Shown here one piece after another: positions 62,826-64,000 of a stretch of 64,000 bases of DNA. The stretch is from Setoptus koraiensis (Eukaryota; Animalia; Arthropoda): the NCBI GenBank assembly GCA_048013815.1, contig CM106585.1, positions 17,980,001 through 18,044,000 on the forward strand, in the 5' to 3' direction. The stretch's first letter is position 1. Each line of letters opens with the position of its first letter. Below the pieces are notes generated by a model. That model ran no database searches. It was not told the DNA's origin and saw only the letters and a list, made by a program, of their open reading frames with translations. The translations under genes and the position numbers were made by a program.

Positions 62826-64000
62826 TTACAAACGGTTTCTTTTTGCTTGGGCCCAAAACGATAGTCCCAATGCACCTATCATGATTAAAATCAGACTGCT
62901 TATACCTATAGCCATAGCTATTCCGAATGCAGAGCCAAATGAGCCGCCCAAATACGAATGATGCACTGCTCCATGGACCCCATGATGGTTTATTATAAGC
63001 GCATGATTTACGGCATGGCCAAATCCGTGACCGGCAGAACTTGTTCCTCCGAATTGGACGTCACTCTCAGCATATGCCAAATCGTCTAGCATTGATTGTT
63101 TGAATGAGTCGTCCAAAATAGATAACTTGATGTACTTCGAGACCAGCCGTTCAGCACCGCTCAATCGTTTCGAAAGCCATCCTCTCAGACCTTGCGAATA
63201 GGTGTAACATTTGAGATCGGCATCAAATATCTGAAAGTTATCTACCACATCTACAAATCTGTGCACTTTTATATCTTCGGTATCATGTTTTTTGGTTAAA
63301 TCAACAGCTATATAATCGTCGTCTGGTTCTTCTTTGTTCAGCTTAAGCGAACTCTCTTGTTCCAAATCGAGCGTCGCCTCAACAATGAGAGCACCCTGGC
63401 AGTACTGTACTGCCTGTATCCAGTTTTGGACTCGTTCGTCTTTATTCAAGTCTGCGTCCAGCGTGTCTAAATCATTTCGTGCCATATATCCCCTCCAAGC
63501 GAGTCGTGCAATTGCATACATGGAACTCTGAGCATGCTCATCTATCAATTTACAAGCACTCTTCGTTTGGGTGACCTCATCCAAAGCTTCGTTAGAATTG
63601 ATTGTCATAAATAGTATAAATTCTGCTTCTGATGATGGTTTTAACGAGTCCAGTAGCACAACATTTTCTATTCTGGTGAAAACATTGGGAGTGTATTTCC
63701 TAAGAAAATTGAACAATTTACGCATAACACCAGACAGATTCTTTGCTTTGGCCACATCGAGAGGCTGATTGGTTTCCGTTGACAATCTGACAATTCTTTT
63801 TACAGCTTCCACCAATTCGACATTATTCTCTGCCAATTGTAGTTTTCGCGCCAACGATTTCTTGCACGTCAACACAACTTGCCCAGTAAGCAATCTAAAG
63901 AATTTCAAGAATCTGTGTCTTCGTTTTCTATTTACATATTTGCCGCGGCTTGCGTTATCTTTCAACTGCTTTTCAAATTGCAACAATTGCTCAATGTAAT
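62826..64000 (-). CDS. Orphan helical protein with a His-rich juxtamembrane segment and C-terminal TM anchor; 5' end lies outside the window
   Basis: The frame is open to the window edge (more than 390 aa). It ends ...GHGFGHAVNHALIINHHGVHGAVHHSYLGGSFGSAFGIAMAIGISSLILIMIGALGLSFWAQAKRNRL*. Confidence 0.75.
   Translation of the reverse strand, partial: YIEQLLQFEKQLKDNASRGKYVNRKRRHRFLKFFRLLTGQVVLTCKKSLARKLQLAENNVELVEAVKRIVRLSTETNQPLDVAKAKNLSGVMRKLFNFLRKYTPNVFTRIENVVLLDSLKPSSEAEFILFMTINSNEALDEVTQTKSACKLIDEHAQSSMYAIARLAWRGYMARNDLDTLDADLNKDERVQNWIQAVQYCQGALIVEATLDLEQESSLKLNKEEPDDDYIAVDLTKKHDTEDIKVHRFVDVVDNFQIFDADLKCYTYSQGLRGWLSKRLSGAERLVSKYIKLSILDDSFKQSMLDDLAYAESDVQFGGTSSAGHGFGHAVNHALIINHHGVHGAVHHSYLGGSFGSAFGIAMAIGISSLILIMIGALGLSFWAQAKRNRL

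Larger units (their letters stand above)
51500..64000 (-). repeat. Tandem segmental duplication with about 4.1-kb period (SLC22 gene, conserved upstream block, membrane-protein gene or remnant); copies 1-3 are spaced about 2.8 kb apart
   Basis: SLC22 stop codons lie at 46000, 48773, 51627, 55690 and 59788. A homologous non-coding block (GGAATTTCAGTTGGTGATTATGTTG...) recurs near 54225, 58345 and 62430. Confidence 0.9.

Overview
Eukaryotic (animal) genomic DNA, most likely from a compact-genome acariform mite such as an eriophyoid. This is an inference from three things: housekeeping CDSs are intronless, other genes have short GT-AG introns, and plant cDNA is present. Positions 1-10 kb are GC-rich and full of microsatellites, and hold a large acidic precursor-like gene with dibasic sites. 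From there the window contains: a disrupted secreted-protein gene, an NRF-6-like acyltransferase, RRM1, DARS1, a three-exon insulin-like peptide gene missed by the ORF track, PTCD3, XBP1 with a 23-nt IRE1-type intron, a Tc1/mariner-type MITE, a secreted Gly-rich protein, an SLC17 transporter, an orphan Q-rich gene, AVL9, and five tandem SLC22-like transporters interleaved with decaying copies of a His-rich membrane-protein gene. RRM1 is split by a 500-N gap and a 2-kb insert (plant calmodulin-like cDNA, poly(A), then G/T junk), which is probably an assembly artefact. The strongest novel signal appears once spliced last exons are reconstructed: two separate convergent gene pairs (DARS1/insulin-like peptide and Q-rich gene/AVL9) end in overlapping stop codons (TTAA at 26417-26420 and CTAA at 42802-42805), leaving no intergenic DNA, so each 3'UTR must be antisense to the partner's coding region. 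All splice models were built by eye and have no transcript support. No rRNA, tRNA or CRISPR array was recognised.
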